DNA of 64,000 nucleotides, taken from positions 836,965 to 900,964 of the forward strand of contig OZ244656.1 in NCBI GenBank assembly GCA_965218825.1, read 5' to 3'. Positions 36,351 through 45,447 of this stretch are shown in pieces (position 1 is the first letter of the stretch; each line of letters starts with the position of its first letter). The translations under genes were made by a program, and so were the position numbers. Source of the DNA: Vicinamibacterales bacterium. GTDB taxonomy: Bacteria > Acidobacteriota > Vicinamibacteria > Vicinamibacterales > UBA8438. The notes under the pieces were generated by a model. That model saw nothing but the letters and a program-made list of their open reading frames with translations. It had not been told where the DNA came from and did not search any database.

Positions 36351-36613
36351 CGAAGTGTCCTGCTCATCCCTACGTCGTTCGTCCTGATGCGTTCTGCTCT
36401 CACGGAATCTTCCTATTTCTGGATTATCAACGGCTGGCCAGTAGCACTTGGCCCACTCAAGACCGACGACTTGCTGACCACCCGAGAACTCACTCCTCGT
36501 CTACCGAGCTTCGTCTCAATCGCTCCGGCCGAGAATTGATGATCGCGACCCATTTCAACCGGGATTTCCTTTTTGCTCATCCCGGTCGGCACCGTTATAC
36601 ACCAACCGACTTC

Positions 36614-37440
36614 TGAACCGTCCCGGGTTTCTCGGAGACCTCATTGCTTAATCGGAGACCTCATTGCTTAAGAGGATGGGGTCTATGGGACGTTCAAGTC
36701 GGTTTTCCCAGGAGGTGCGCGAGCGTGCCGTCAGGATGGTCAAGGAGCACCGGGAAGCCCACGCCTCAGAGTGGGCGGTGCTGCGATCGGTGGCGCCGAA
36801 GCTCGGCTGCACGGCGGAGACGCTGCGGAAGTGGTTGCGGCAGGCGCAGCGTGATGCTGGGCATCGGCCGGGCCAGACGACGAGCGAGCGGGAGCGGTTG
36901 CAGGAGTTGGAGTGCTTGGTCCGCGAGCTGAAGCGGGCGAACGAGATCCTGCGGAAAGCATCCGCGTATTTCGCCCAGGCGGAGCTCGACCGCCGGGGGA
37001 AGTAGCCAGGATGGTCCAGTTCATCGACGACCATCGCGCCAGGCTCGGGGTCGAGCCGATCTGCGCCGTGTTGCCGACCGCCCCGTCGACGTATCATCGC
37101 CATCGGCACCAGCGGACCGATCCGACGCGCCGGTCCGCGCGGGCGCAACGCGACGATCAGCGCTGCGGCGAGATTCAGCGGGGCGATGCCGAGCACCAGC
37201 AGGTCTACGGCCCCCGGAAAGTCTGGCAGCAGCTGCGGCGGGACGGCGTCTGCGTGGCACGTTGTACCGTGGCGCGCCTGATGCGCGCGATGGGCCTCGC
37301 CGGTGCGGGCGGTCGCCCCGTGGACCTCGTCGACCGCCAATTCGTGGCCACCCGTCCGAATCAGCGCTGGGTCTCCGACTTCACATGTGTCGCGACCTGG
37401 GGCGGCGTCGTCTACGTCGCGTTCGTCATCGAGCGGAGCA
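36614..37440 (+). mobile_element. IS3-family remnant: left IR, intact orfA (about 36673..37005), orfB truncated after ~143 codons
   Basis: tgaaccgtcccgggtttc.. at the left end. OrfA ..SRFSQEVRERAVRMV...LKRANEILRKASAYFAQAELD. OrfB from 37011 MVQFIDDHRARLGVEPICAVL...NQRWVSDFTCV. A 20-bp tandem duplication tcggagacctcattgcttaa lies at 36632-36671. Confidence 0.75.
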
Positions 37441-37685
37441 ACAACGGCTCTGGAAGGCGACCGCCCGGGGGCTGTCGAGTGAGGAGGCCGCTGTGTCATG
37501 TGGCGTGTCTCCGCCCGTGGGTGGTCGTTGGTTCCGTGAGGGCGGTGGGATGCCGCCGATCAGCTTGGCGCCGCCGTCGGCTCGTTACCTGTGCTTTGAT
37601 GACGTCTCAATGAGGATCTCGCACGAGGCTGTCTACCAAGCGCTGTACATCCAGGGGCGGGGGGGCACTGCGACCGCGAACTGAC
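37441..37685 (+). pseudogene. IS30-family transposase fragment
   Basis: ..GLSSEEAAVSCGVSPPVGGRWFREGGGMPPISL...RISHEAVYQALYIQGRG resembles the N-terminal third of IS30 transposases, with a frame break. Confidence 0.5.
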
Positions 37686-37712
37686 GGCCTGCCTGCGCAC
37701 CGGTCGTGGCGT

Positions 37713-38999
37713 CTACTGTGATTGGTTCGCTCGTGCGACTTCGCACTTCTTTTTCTTGCGGCCATGAATCTGAACGAGGTTGTCTGGAATAGGTACCGGG
37801 AACTGATGATCTTGGCCCATCTCAATCAAATCCCACGCGAACTCGCGCAACTCGAAACCATCAGAGGATTTCTTTTCTTTGCGGACAACCGGTATCTCCG
37901 GGTACTGCCGCGTGTCCGGGCGGTCGCGTAACTGAAACGCCTCATGGAAGCCACTCGCGTCAAGGAATTTTTGGACGAGCCCCGCGTACGGTGGGAAGGC
38001 GCCACCGTAGCCGATCACCCGCCGTGCGGCTGCCACCATCTCCAGCTCTTCTTTCGTCCACGTGGGGGCGACGTAGGAGTCCTTCTCAAAGGCATGTTCT
38101 CCGCTTAACGGCTGGTACCGCATCGGGTACGCACTCACGCCCCACGCGAGGAGGTCGCTCACGCGCTTATAGAGATCCGCTGGCGTGTCTTTGTAGTTGT
38201 AGAGGACATAGCAGCAAATGTGACGGAATCGGCGGTTCGTCAGTCCAGCTTGTTTCAGCAGCAGAACGGCCCTCTTGACCGCCTTCTCCATTTGAGAAAA
38301 ATCGTACGCCAACCGGATCGTCGGCAGCTTCAACCCCTTGAGCGCCTCCGCAACATTCTCAGTCACCAGTCGTGCATCGAGGCCCTGGTTGAAGTCCACT
38401 TCGACATTCAGTTCCTTCAACTCAGCGATTACGTCGCTCCATGCCGATTCGCCAAGAATGTTGTTGTCCCACAGAATCACGCGCTTGTGGTCCGGATGCA
38501 CAAGATGTTTCACGCGCGTGGTAGGCCGCGCCTGGAACGGCTTGCCCTCCAAGGCGGGAACGGCACAGAACGCACAACTCCGGATACACCCGCGATGACT
38601 AAAGAGGATCGAAGCGGCGCGTTCACCTTCAGCCCATTCTGGCACGAGCGAATAGTCTGGCATCAGGTCTTCAGCTTCATGAACGAGACCCGCGACAACC
38701 TCGTGAGCGCCGCTCTGCTGCGCGTGTTCCGGAGTCAATGAGGCATAGATACCACCGAGCGATACCTTCGCTTGCGGAAACAGAGCCTTGTAGAAGGCCA
38801 CGGCTTCCCACACTGGCTTCCATGCCCAGGTAAACAGGCTCGTGACTTTGATCTGGTCTGGCACGAACTTCGTCACGAGCTTCAGCCCATTGACGAAGTG
38901 AATGTCGTGCCCCTGTGACTTGTAGAGCGTGGACAGTTTCAATAGGCCGAGCGGCGGATACTGTGAGTAGTAGCTTGGTTCTACGAGGAGGATCTTCAT
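37713..38999 (-). CDS. Radical SAM enzyme with a B12-binding-like N-terminal domain (428 aa)
   Basis: MKILLVEPSYYSQYPPLGLLKLSTLYKSQGHDIHFV (class-B-like N-terminus). CxxxCxxC cluster in SHRGCIRSCAFCAVP. Confidence 0.8.
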   Translation of the reverse strand: MKILLVEPSYYSQYPPLGLLKLSTLYKSQGHDIHFVNGLKLVTKFVPDQIKVTSLFTWAWKPVWEAVAFYKALFPQAKVSLGGIYASLTPEHAQQSGAHEVVAGLVHEAEDLMPDYSLVPEWAEGERAASILFSHRGCIRSCAFCAVPALEGKPFQARPTTRVKHLVHPDHKRVILWDNNILGESAWSDVIAELKELNVEVDFNQGLDARLVTENVAEALKGLKLPTIRLAYDFSQMEKAVKRAVLLLKQAGLTNRRFRHICCYVLYNYKDTPADLYKRVSDLLAWGVSAYPMRYQPLSGEHAFEKDSYVAPTWTKEELEMVAAARRVIGYGGAFPPYAGLVQKFLDASGFHEAFQLRDRPDTRQYPEIPVVRKEKKSSDGFELREFAWDLIEMGQDHQFPVPIPDNLVQIHGRKKKKCEVARANQSQ

Positions 39000-39286
39000 T
39001 GCACGGCTACTGTGCTGGCATCAGTGATAGGAGCGGACGGCTCGATGGTCCGATCCTTCCATGCACGGATGCGCTCAATGTCCGCATCAGTATAGAAGCG
39101 GTGGTTGGAATGGGCGATGCGAGGAGGCGCGGGAAAGTCAGCGTAGCGCGGGTCGCCACTCGCCTTCTTCTTCTCCCATCGGAAGAGCGTGTCTTGGTTG
39201 CGCCGGTAAGTTTTGGCACTTTAGCGTTTCGATGCGGGCTCGCCAGTTCTTCTCCCCTTGCGACCACGTTCAACCCTGACCACCAT
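38996..39286 (-). pseudogene. AlpA/MerR-like HTH gene with an in-frame TAA, coupled (ATGA) to the radical SAM gene
   Basis: MVVRVERGRKGRRTGEPASKR*SAKTYRRNQDTLFRWEKKKASGDPRYADFPAPPRIAHSNHRFYTDADIERIRAW.. TAA at 39221-39223. There is no alternative start downstream of the stop. Confidence 0.45.
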
Positions 39287-39436
39287 GACAGGAGAGGTCG
39301 CTACTCGCTGCTGGAACTACGTTGGTCCATATCGATTTCCGTGCATAGAATAGCATCGATCGAATCAGTACCGGGCAATACTTATCGACTTGAATTAATC
39401 AAGACGGTACCTGTCGGTACCATAAGGGGAAGTGTG

Positions 39437-40507
39437 ATGGAGACGATAATTGAAGTGGAAGAGGTGATGGTCGGCGGGCAGATGCTGCGGCTCAAGCACG
39501 AGAACATCCCGATCGATCAGTTGGAGTTGGACCCGGACAACCCACGCATTAGATACCGGCTCCAACACCAGAAGCCTGGCGGCGAACAGGAGCAGGAACT
39601 GCTCGGCTGGCCGGACGTGATCAGGCTCCGCAAGGACATCGAGAAAAGTGGTGGCCTGCGTGAGCGCATCATCGTCCAGTGGGACCCGAGAACGAAGAAA
39701 TACAAGGTCATCGAAGGCAACTGCCGAACGGTGTCCATCCGCCACCTAAACAGCAAGAATCCAAGCGACCAGAAATGGCAAACGGTCATCGCCAAAGTGT
39801 TGCCGCCCGACGCTGACAGGCGGGCCGTCGCCATTCTGCTCATGGATTTCAACGTCGTCGGCAAGATCCAGTGGAAGGCTCATGAGAAGGCGGCGCAGGT
39901 CTACCTGATGCACACCGATCTGAAGATGACCCTCGACGAGATCGCGCTGTACATGAGGACCAGCAAGACGACGGTGCAGCGGCTCCTACATGCCCACAAG
40001 GCGATGAACGAACTGTTCCTAACGATGGACGACGGATTGTACGAGAAGAAGGGCGAGGGTGCGTGGAGTTTCTTCGATGAACTATATAAATCCCCTGAAC
40101 TGCGGAAGAAGATGAAGGCTGAGCCTGAGTTCGTTGAGGATTTCTGTCGGTGGGTCGGCGACGAACGGCTGACGGCGGGGGCCGACGTGCGCATGCTGCC
40201 GAAGATTCTCAAGGACCCGGTGGCCGTGAAAAAGTTCACGATGGGACCGGCTAATACGGCGTTTCAGGACGCCAAAAAGCTCGTCGCGCAGGCCGAGCCG
40301 GAGATCGGAAGCGACTTCTTTAAGCTCCTAGAAAAAATGCGGCAGGCCTGCACGGACGCGGCGCATGTGAAGGAGATCCTGAAGATCCGCCGCGACAGGA
40401 TCGCGCGCCAGCGATTGATCGATACGTACGATGCACTTGTCGGGTTCATGCAACTAGCGGACGTGAACCCAGAGAAAGTCACAACTAAGCAGAATAAGTC
40501 CTCCTAG
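39437..40507 (+). CDS. ParB-like N-terminal domain protein P1 (356 aa)
   Basis: RBS aagggga. IPIDQLELDPDNPRI, KVIEGNCRTVSI, KIQWKAHEKA, HTH-like LDEIALYMRTSKTTVQRLL. Start taken at the internal ATG of ORF 38915..40507. Confidence 0.7.
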   Translation: METIIEVEEVMVGGQMLRLKHENIPIDQLELDPDNPRIRYRLQHQKPGGEQEQELLGWPDVIRLRKDIEKSGGLRERIIVQWDPRTKKYKVIEGNCRTVSIRHLNSKNPSDQKWQTVIAKVLPPDADRRAVAILLMDFNVVGKIQWKAHEKAAQVYLMHTDLKMTLDEIALYMRTSKTTVQRLLHAHKAMNELFLTMDDGLYEKKGEGAWSFFDELYKSPELRKKMKAEPEFVEDFCRWVGDERLTAGADVRMLPKILKDPVAVKKFTMGPANTAFQDAKKLVAQAEPEIGSDFFKLLEKMRQACTDAAHVKEILKIRRDRIARQRLIDTYDALVGFMQLADVNPEKVTTKQNKSS

Positions 40508-40750
40508 CAGCCCGTGGTGAAAGTAAGGGACCGACACGAGATCCGCTGTACTACACTCTGCGCGGCCACCCGTTCTACCAGCGCTGGAAATCAGGTACAT
40601 GACGCGCACTCCTCCGACGAGCTCGTCGAGAGCCAGTGCGTCCCTTTCTACGCGGACGGGGTTGGTCGGCCGAGTCTGACATCGGGCACGTACTTCCGCC
40701 TCCTGTTAGTCAGGTGCTTCGAAGGCATCGATTCGGAGCGCGGCTTCCTC
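40506..40750 (+). mobile_element. IS1182-like left-end fragment
   Basis: agcagcccgtggtgaaagtaaggg.. equals the IR at 48838. Translated FYADGVGRPSLTSGTYFRLLLVRCFEGIDSERG parallels FYAPVMGRPSLAPGRYFRLLLVGYFEGIDSERG of the 48909 transposase. Confidence 0.65.
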
Positions 40751-40856
40751 GGCCTGAAGCCTCGACGAAGCGCCGCCTGAGCACTCGACGATCTCGCGCA
40801 CGCATCTGGCCCTGAAAGCAGCACGGTCTTCTTGGTCACTGCGTCGAGAACTCGGC

Positions 40857-41873
40857 CTAAGGGGTAGTGGACTTCCCGGCGAGTTCGGCGTCGACCATTT
40901 GGGAAACACGTCTCAGGCGCCGGCTGATTTGCCTGACGACCTGCTGCACGGCCTTCACTTGGTTGCGCTCCAGGGGGGCAAGGTCGTCCAGCTCGATGTC
41001 GTCCAGACCCTCGCGGATCTTCTTGAGTCGCTGTTCGGCACCGCTGATCTTTGCGCGGTCATGGGCATCCTCGAGAGTCACGTCGCCCTTCTCGTATTTT
41101 CGAAGGATTTTAGGCTTTGCGATAATGGTGGGTAGGCGTTCGCGCATCTCTTGAGCAGTGAAGTCCCTTGTCTTGATCTGGGACAACAATGTGCCTCGTA
41201 GTGGTCTGCTACCTTCGATTGCAGACGAGATGGCCCGGTTTCGAACAAGGACGTAGTAATAGCTGAAGTTGGAGAGAGTGTTGTCGTCGTTCTCCTGCAT
41301 GAACTCGATGGTCTTGACGTTCTTCTTGATCTCGGCTGTCGTGAAGCCGGACAAGTCCGCCAAGGTCGAGATGTCTTGTTGTTCTTCGACCGCCCAGCGG
41401 AAGCAAAACAGCGCCTTGGCGTACGGGGACCACTCGGTTTTCCCGTGAAGATGTGACTGGCCAAGAAGGCGTGTCTGTTGATCAGCGCTAAGGGTCTTGA
41501 CGACAAGGCAGCGGATCTGTGTCCAGGTCTCGTCGGCGGGGTGTTCATCATCGAGCTTGCGGTAGGCCGCCAGGCGGGAATTGCCTTCGATGACTTCCTG
41601 AGTGTCCCAGCGGACGATGATCGGATCTTGTAATCCACCGTCTCGTTGAATTTCAGGTATGAGGTTCTTGACGCTCGACTCGTGGAGCAGGCGCTCGTAT
41701 ATGCGACGCTGCTGCTCTTCGGGGGTGAGGCCTGGGAAATCCGCCATTTCTCTGATGGCGGCGTATACGCGGGGGTTGCCAGACAGGAAGCGGAGCTTAT
41801 GGATCGGGATTAGCTGGTGGTTGGCGGGAACGTCCTGTCCCATTATGGCGATGGTCGTCTTGTCGAGGTTCAT
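40857..41873 (-). CDS. ParB-like N-terminal domain protein P2 (338 aa)
   Basis: IPIHKLRFLSGNPRV, EVIEGNSRLAAY, KTEWSPYAKA. Start at the internal Met MNLDKT, 30 nt after the SNF2 stop. Confidence 0.7.
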   Translation of the reverse strand: MNLDKTTIAIMGQDVPANHQLIPIHKLRFLSGNPRVYAAIREMADFPGLTPEEQQRRIYERLLHESSVKNLIPEIQRDGGLQDPIIVRWDTQEVIEGNSRLAAYRKLDDEHPADETWTQIRCLVVKTLSADQQTRLLGQSHLHGKTEWSPYAKALFCFRWAVEEQQDISTLADLSGFTTAEIKKNVKTIEFMQENDDNTLSNFSYYYVLVRNRAISSAIEGSRPLRGTLLSQIKTRDFTAQEMRERLPTIIAKPKILRKYEKGDVTLEDAHDRAKISGAEQRLKKIREGLDDIELDDLAPLERNQVKAVQQVVRQISRRLRRVSQMVDAELAGKSTTP

Positions 41874-41902
41874 CGGTCTGTAGTCTTGGATTCTTCGGAA
41901 GA

Positions 41903-43372
41903 TTATTGGTTGGAGGTGACTCGATCGGGAAACAGGACGCCTTGGAGCACCTCGGATATGTCCGTGCGGAAGGAGTCGCGGAAGGCGACGGCGGCAATGT
42001 CGCCCTGGGCGAGTTGCGCGGCCCGGTACTTCGCCATGAGCAGGACGTCGACCCATTCGTCGATGGTCTCATTGGCAATGAGATTGTGGATGAAGCACTC
42101 GCGTGTCTGGGAGATCCGGTGGATGCGGTCTTGTGCCTGCAGATAGTCGTCGAGGCTGAAGCCGCGATCGTAAAAGATGGCGTGGTTCGCGACGGTCAGC
42201 GTAAGGCCCTCCTTGGCGGCGCCTGGCGTCGCGATGAGGACTAAGTTGGATGAGTTGGTGAAGGACTGCACCGCCTGGTTTCGCTGGTGCATGGGCAAAG
42301 AGCCGTGTATGCATACAGGGTCAAATTCGGCGAGCTTCTCGGCTAGCCAGTTGACGTTGTCGACGAATCCAGTCCAGATGATCAACTTGGATCCGACGGT
42401 GAACTCCCAGCACATGTCGAGGAGCAGAGGGAACTTCGCAGGGTCGTGCTCGTAGCGCCCATCAATAAGCGCCGGGTTCGAGGCGCATTGGACGAGGCGC
42501 AGGAGTCGCTTGAGAATGCTGTCAACGTTGTCGATTTCGACAACGCCGTCGGTGTCGTACTCGTAGGCGAGTTCGTCGCGGTAGGCGGCGTACTTCGCCA
42601 TCTGCCAGGGGGGCAAGTCCACATGGTGGAAAGTTATGGTTTTCTCAGGCAGGTGGATGCCCGCGGTGTCCTTGGTCTCTCGGACAGTGAACTGGGCGAG
42701 GCGTTGATGGATCGTGGCCAGGCGGTTGCCATAGTCAGACGCTGCCGAGTGCCTGGCGGGCAAATCCATTTGCTGCCTGAATGCGTCGAAGGTGTCGCCG
42801 AGCGCTTCGCCGCCGTCCAGGAACTTGATCTGCGACCAGATGTCGTACGGACGGTTCGCGGCAGGGGTGCCGGTCATGATGATGCGCCGCTCGAAGGACG
42901 AGGCCACGTCGTGGAACGTGCGCGTCAGGGCGGCTTCGGGATTCTTAATTTTTTGGCTCTCGTCTAGGATGCAGCCGACGCGGCAAGTCTGCAGGAACAG
43001 TCTAATGACTGGGCCGTTGGCCGCGATGACTTCGTAGTTGGTGATGTAGAGGAGTGCCGGCGAGTTGAGGGACGCGCTATTCTGGACTCGATTGCCGGAC
43101 AGAATGTGTGGCGTGATATGGCAGTGCCGCGTAACTTCGTTGCGCCAGTTTTCCACCAGCGACTTCTTGGTGACGACGAACACGGTATCCACGGCATCGC
43201 TCTGTAGCCATTGCAGGGCGAGGTCGATCGCGATCTTCGTCTTTCCGAGACCCTGCTCATGGAAAATGGCGGCGTACGGAAGATCCTTGACGGCGCGGAA
43301 GGCGTCGAGCTGGTATGGATACGCCGCGTGCTTAGGCGACAGTTCAGGCTGGCGTCTCAGCACAAACGCCAC
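41903..43372 (-). CDS. SNF2-family helicase/ATPase (489 aa)
   Basis: HEQGLGKTKIAI (I), CILDESQKIKN (II), IIMTGTPAANRPYDIWSQIKFL (III), ATPGAAKEGLTLTVANHAIFYD (V), QAQDRIHRISQ (VI). Confidence 0.9.
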   Translation of the reverse strand: MAFVLRRQPELSPKHAAYPYQLDAFRAVKDLPYAAIFHEQGLGKTKIAIDLALQWLQSDAVDTVFVVTKKSLVENWRNEVTRHCHITPHILSGNRVQNSASLNSPALLYITNYEVIAANGPVIRLFLQTCRVGCILDESQKIKNPEAALTRTFHDVASSFERRIIMTGTPAANRPYDIWSQIKFLDGGEALGDTFDAFRQQMDLPARHSAASDYGNRLATIHQRLAQFTVRETKDTAGIHLPEKTITFHHVDLPPWQMAKYAAYRDELAYEYDTDGVVEIDNVDSILKRLLRLVQCASNPALIDGRYEHDPAKFPLLLDMCWEFTVGSKLIIWTGFVDNVNWLAEKLAEFDPVCIHGSLPMHQRNQAVQSFTNSSNLVLIATPGAAKEGLTLTVANHAIFYDRGFSLDDYLQAQDRIHRISQTRECFIHNLIANETIDEWVDVLLMAKYRAAQLAQGDIAAVAFRDSFRTDISEVLQGVLFPDRVTSNQ

Positions 43373-43809
43373 AGGGGTGCTCCAAGGGGACCCAGGGTCC
43401 AGAAGTCGAGGCCGTCGAACAGTTTTACGTGGAGTCGGGACGACACGCGTTGGCGGCAGGCGAAGCGGAGTACCGTCCTTGCTGAATATGCGACGTGTCC
43501 GTTGACGGCCAAGATGAAGGTGCCGGTGCCTGTTGTCATGGCGTCAAGGTGGTCCACGAAGGCACCGATCTGACTCCGAGTATGTCGGTTGTCGATGTCA
43601 CCGTCGGTCTTGGCTTCCGCGATGACGAACTGGAGGCAGGCGGCGGTGCATCGGGCGATGATGTCGGGACGGTGGGCGCCGATGCGCTGGGGCACCGGGT
43701 CGCCGGGAGCGTCGAGGAGGTCCGTTGTGACGTGCATCGCCGGATGACGCTGTTGTATGGCTTGTGCGGCGGCGATGACTAGCCGACGGTGCGCGTTACT
43801 TTGAGACAT
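43357..43809 (-). CDS. Small PD-(D/E)xK-type nuclease-like protein (150 aa)
   Basis: ..IGAHRPDIIARCTAACLQFVIAEAKTDGD.. (PD ... ExK). Overlaps both neighbours (14 nt and 16 nt). Confidence 0.55.
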   Translation of the reverse strand: MSQSNAHRRLVIAAAQAIQQRHPAMHVTTDLLDAPGDPVPQRIGAHRPDIIARCTAACLQFVIAEAKTDGDIDNRHTRSQIGAFVDHLDAMTTGTGTFILAVNGHVAYSARTVLRFACRQRVSSRLHVKLFDGLDFWTLGPLGAPLWRLC

Positions 43810-44830
43810 CTTGGAGCAGGTCGCGAAGATGGTCGGCGAGGTCGCTCAGCGTATCTACGTCTTGGTCCGCGGTCTCGTATTGCCGGTCGCGGAGGGCAAG
43901 GTAGTCCCCTCGCGGCAGGGCTTTGATCCTCTGAAGCAGCACCTCAGCCAATACCGCCATGCTGGCATTGGCGACAGTGGTGTCGATCGACGAAGGATTC
44001 ATGTCCTTTTGACGGTTGGCCTCGGCAACGGCGATGGCGTCTTCGATAGACCGGATGCCGCCGTTGACAAAGGTGTCTTTCGCCTCGTCGTCGGCAAGAA
44101 CGCGGGGTAGCCTTCGAACGTCGGCCAGTCGGTATATCTGGCCGTCGCGTATCCAGCGGCCGAAGTCGTGGAGGTCAAAACCCGCGCTGTAGATGGAGTC
44201 CTTGACATCCCTGTTCTGGAGCTCGACAAAGCCGCTGAATCGATCGACCTTGAACGCGTCGTCGCTGTTGACGTCGCGGTAGAACTCGTTCATGTCGTGG
44301 TAGGCGTCGATTTGCTGGGTGATCGTCTTCTTGTTGCCCCCGCACCGGGCGATGAGCTCGTCGTAATCCATGAACTCGACGTTGCGCAGGTGGTGAAGGT
44401 ATCGGGCCTTCTCGTAGGCGGGCCATTCGCGTGCGCCGACGAGGTGGGCGGTGACCCGAATCGTCTCAATGTCCCGCTGGTCGGGATTGTCGAGCACGAG
44501 GCAGTTGATGGCGGTCCAGTCGCCTGGAGCGCTCTCCTCGTCGAGCTCATAATAAACGGCTAGTCGGGTGTTGCCGTCGACGCACACGAATCGACCGTTG
44601 TCGGACCAGACGACAACAGGTACCGAGATGCTTCCAGCCGCTCTGATGGAGTCCTTTAGAGAGCGGTAGGAGGAAGCGCTGGCGGATCCTTCCGTGGCGG
44701 TCTGTAGTGCAAAGCGGATGCGTTGATCGTCGAGCTTGTCGCCGTACTTCTCCAGAGCAACCTTGATCCTCGGGTTCTGCCGGTCGAAGTCAATCTGGCT
44801 GGTGGGGATGAGGTGGTATGTGCTCTTCAC
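43796..44830 (-). CDS. ParB-like N-terminal domain protein P3 (344 aa; GTG start)
   Basis: IPTSQIDFDRQNPRI, FVCVDGNTRLAVY, AREWPAYEKA. Same architecture as P1 and P2. Confidence 0.7.
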   Translation of the reverse strand: MKSTYHLIPTSQIDFDRQNPRIKVALEKYGDKLDDQRIRFALQTATEGSASASSYRSLKDSIRAAGSISVPVVVWSDNGRFVCVDGNTRLAVYYELDEESAPGDWTAINCLVLDNPDQRDIETIRVTAHLVGAREWPAYEKARYLHHLRNVEFMDYDELIARCGGNKKTITQQIDAYHDMNEFYRDVNSDDAFKVDRFSGFVELQNRDVKDSIYSAGFDLHDFGRWIRDGQIYRLADVRRLPRVLADDEAKDTFVNGGIRSIEDAIAVAEANRQKDMNPSSIDTTVANASMAVLAEVLLQRIKALPRGDYLALRDRQYETADQDVDTLSDLADHLRDLLQDVSK

Positions 44831-45160
44831 GATAGTCTCACGTCGCTAGATGTCGTGGCGTCGTGGGTCTAACAGCCCGTGGAAGAAGTCTGTTCGCTGA
44901 GCCAGCCCGGTCAGGCAGCTTGGCAATGAGCGATTGAGCCGACGAACGCCGCCGGTGTCTATTTGGACCCCCAAGCGAAAGTCAGACGCCCCCAGCGGTC
45001 GATCCTCCACGTCTTCGATGTGAACAGGTATCCGTCATCGCGAACGACCAGCCGCCGCCGCAGGTTTACAGCCGACCACATAGAGTAACAAGAATTGCGC
45101 GCGGATACCCCCGTTGCTCCGCCTCCCCGGTCCCTCGCCGGCCGTCAAATTGGTGCGTGA

Positions 45161-45289
45161 TCAGATCCGCCAGAGCGCATCGGGGCTGCGCGAGACACCG
45201 ACCACGCTCTCGCCACGGGCGACGAGGGCGGCGGTCGTTGCCGCACCGATGCCGTCAGAGTTTCCGACGATCAGAATCCGCTTCGCCAT
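45161..45289 (-). pseudogene. Short-chain dehydrogenase N-terminal stub (42 codons)
   Basis: MAKRILIVGNSDGIGAATTAALVARGESVVGVSR (Rossmann TGxxxGIG-like), then an early stop. Confidence 0.45.
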
Positions 45290-45447
45290 GAATTACCTGG
45301 AATTTCCGTTTTGCCTGCCCCGGATGGCCCCTTTCATACACCCGAAGGCCGCAGTACCCACGAAAAGCTTCTTCATCGCACCATCGTCCAGGTTCTGAGG
45401 CCGTCACTCAGCTCGCACTGCCGTCTTGCGGGCTGAATCCTGGGCTT

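Noticed and set aside
44871-44882. aacagcccgtgg just upstream of the P3 gene, as a solo IS1182-like inverted repeat.
   Set aside because: Only 12 nt match the IRs at 62308, 48838 and 40506, and the adjacent sequence diverges. That is too short to call an IS end with confidence. It is mentioned only as context for the cluster boundaries.
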